A DNA stretch of 63,393 nt, from contig JBKHYG010000017.1 of assembly GCA_046565595.1 (NCBI GenBank), positions 1 to 63,393 of the forward strand, given 5' to 3'. Shown here in pieces: positions 62,787-63,393 of this stretch. Made by a program: the position numbers and the translations under genes. The stretch comes from Actinomycetota bacterium (GTDB lineage: Bacteria; Actinomycetota; AC-67). How positions within the stretch are numbered: the first letter of the stretch is position 1; the number at the start of each line of letters is the position of its first letter. Below the pieces are notes generated by a model. The model saw nothing but the letters and a program-made list of their open reading frames with translations, ran no database searches and was not told the DNA's origin.

Positions 62787-63393
62787 TGTGGAATCCTCCT
62801 CGGACACGATCGTGCCCGGGTCTTCACTGAAACTCGATGCGACCCTGATGGTCACTCCGTAGTTGCGTCCGTACTCGACGCTGCGAGCCATCAACACGCG
62901 CGCACCCGAGGCAGCCATCTCTAGCATCTCCTCGTAGGAAAGTTGCCGCAGCAGCCGCGCATCGGGAACGATCCGCGGGTCAGCCGTGTAGACGCCGTCG
63001 ACATCGGTGAAGATGTCGCAGCGATCCGCCTCGAGGGCCGCCGCGAGCGCCACAGCGGTCGTGTCGCTTCCGCCTCGTCCGAGCGTCGTCACATCTAGCG
63101 TGTCGCTAGACACCCCTTGGAAGCCGGCGACGATGACGACCTTGCCCTCGTCCAAGGCTTCGCGGAGCCGGGTCGCGCGCACCTCTTTGATCTTCGCGCG
63201 GCCGTGTTCTGTGGTCGTGATGATCCCAGCCTGAGAGCCGGTGAACGAGGCTGCCTCGTGACCGAGATCGCTGATGGCCATCGCCAGCAGAGCCATCGAG
63301 ATGCGCTCTCCGGCGGTGAGGAGCATGTCCATCTCTCGCCCCGGCGGCGTCGGCGTGATCTGCGCCGCCAGGTCGATCAGCTCGTCGGTGGTC
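62298..63393 (-). CDS. lysC: aspartate kinase (N-terminus outside window)
   Basis: The frame is open to the right edge ('..[32 protein letters not shown]..'). Two C-terminal ACT domains ('[19 protein letters not shown]', '[19 protein letters not shown]'). Confidence 0.95.
   Translation of the reverse strand, partial: TTDELIDLAAQITPTPPGREMDMLLTAGERISMALLAMAISDLGHEAASFTGSQAGIITTTEHGRAKIKEVRATRLREALDEGKVVIVAGFQGVSSDTLDVTTLGRGGSDTTAVALAAALEADRCDIFTDVDGVYTADPRIVPDARLLRQLSYEEMLEMAASGARVLMARSVEYGRNYGVTIRVASSFSEDPGTIVSEEDSTVEKAIISGVTHDTSEAKVTVHGVPDRPGVAARLFRQVAEGGVNVDMIVQNVSTAGVTDISFTVPREDIERARAIIEPYVTDIGANGVEFDASITKVSLVGAGMKTHPGVAADMFAALSEAGVNIEMISTSTIRISVVVRETDTERAVRAIHGAFPETPEVDA

Overview
This is a high-GC chromosomal segment with tightly packed, often overlapping genes. 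It is most consistent with an Actinomycetota genome: mycothiol synthase MshD, class II DAHP synthase, ask-asd, amtB-glnK preceded by a GlnR-type box, and pstSCAB-phoU with PHO-type 11-nt direct repeats. About 47 protein-coding genes are supportable. I saw no rRNA, tRNA, CRISPR array, transposase or integrase. Most of the window is housekeeping: GreA, TypA/BipA, FtsH, Sat-CysC, Met/Lys pathway enzymes, and phosphate and ammonium uptake. Five regions stand out. (i) At 7.2-19.4 kb, an eight-gene co-directional operon joins MoxR, DUF58 and a transglutaminase-like protein with no core cysteine to a Liv-type ABC transporter. That transporter has no binding-protein gene, its two ATPases are fused to an MFS domain, and three lipoproteins accompany it. 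(ii) At 37.2-44.6 kb, a PHO-box-preceded operon encodes a PstS paralogue, a 1352-aa beta-propeller surface protein and a divergent FtsH. (iii) At 50.9-52.2 kb, a HisKA_3-type membrane protein lacking both the phospho-His and the ATPase domain is translationally coupled to a stand-alone receiver. (iv) A secreted lysyl-oxidase-like copper amine oxidase lies downstream of amtB-glnK. (v) A tryptophanase-like gene coupled to DAHP synthase has Asn at the expected PLP-lysine position. All functional calls rest on motif recognition by eye from the supplied translations. No database or HMM search was possible, and several start codons are uncertain.
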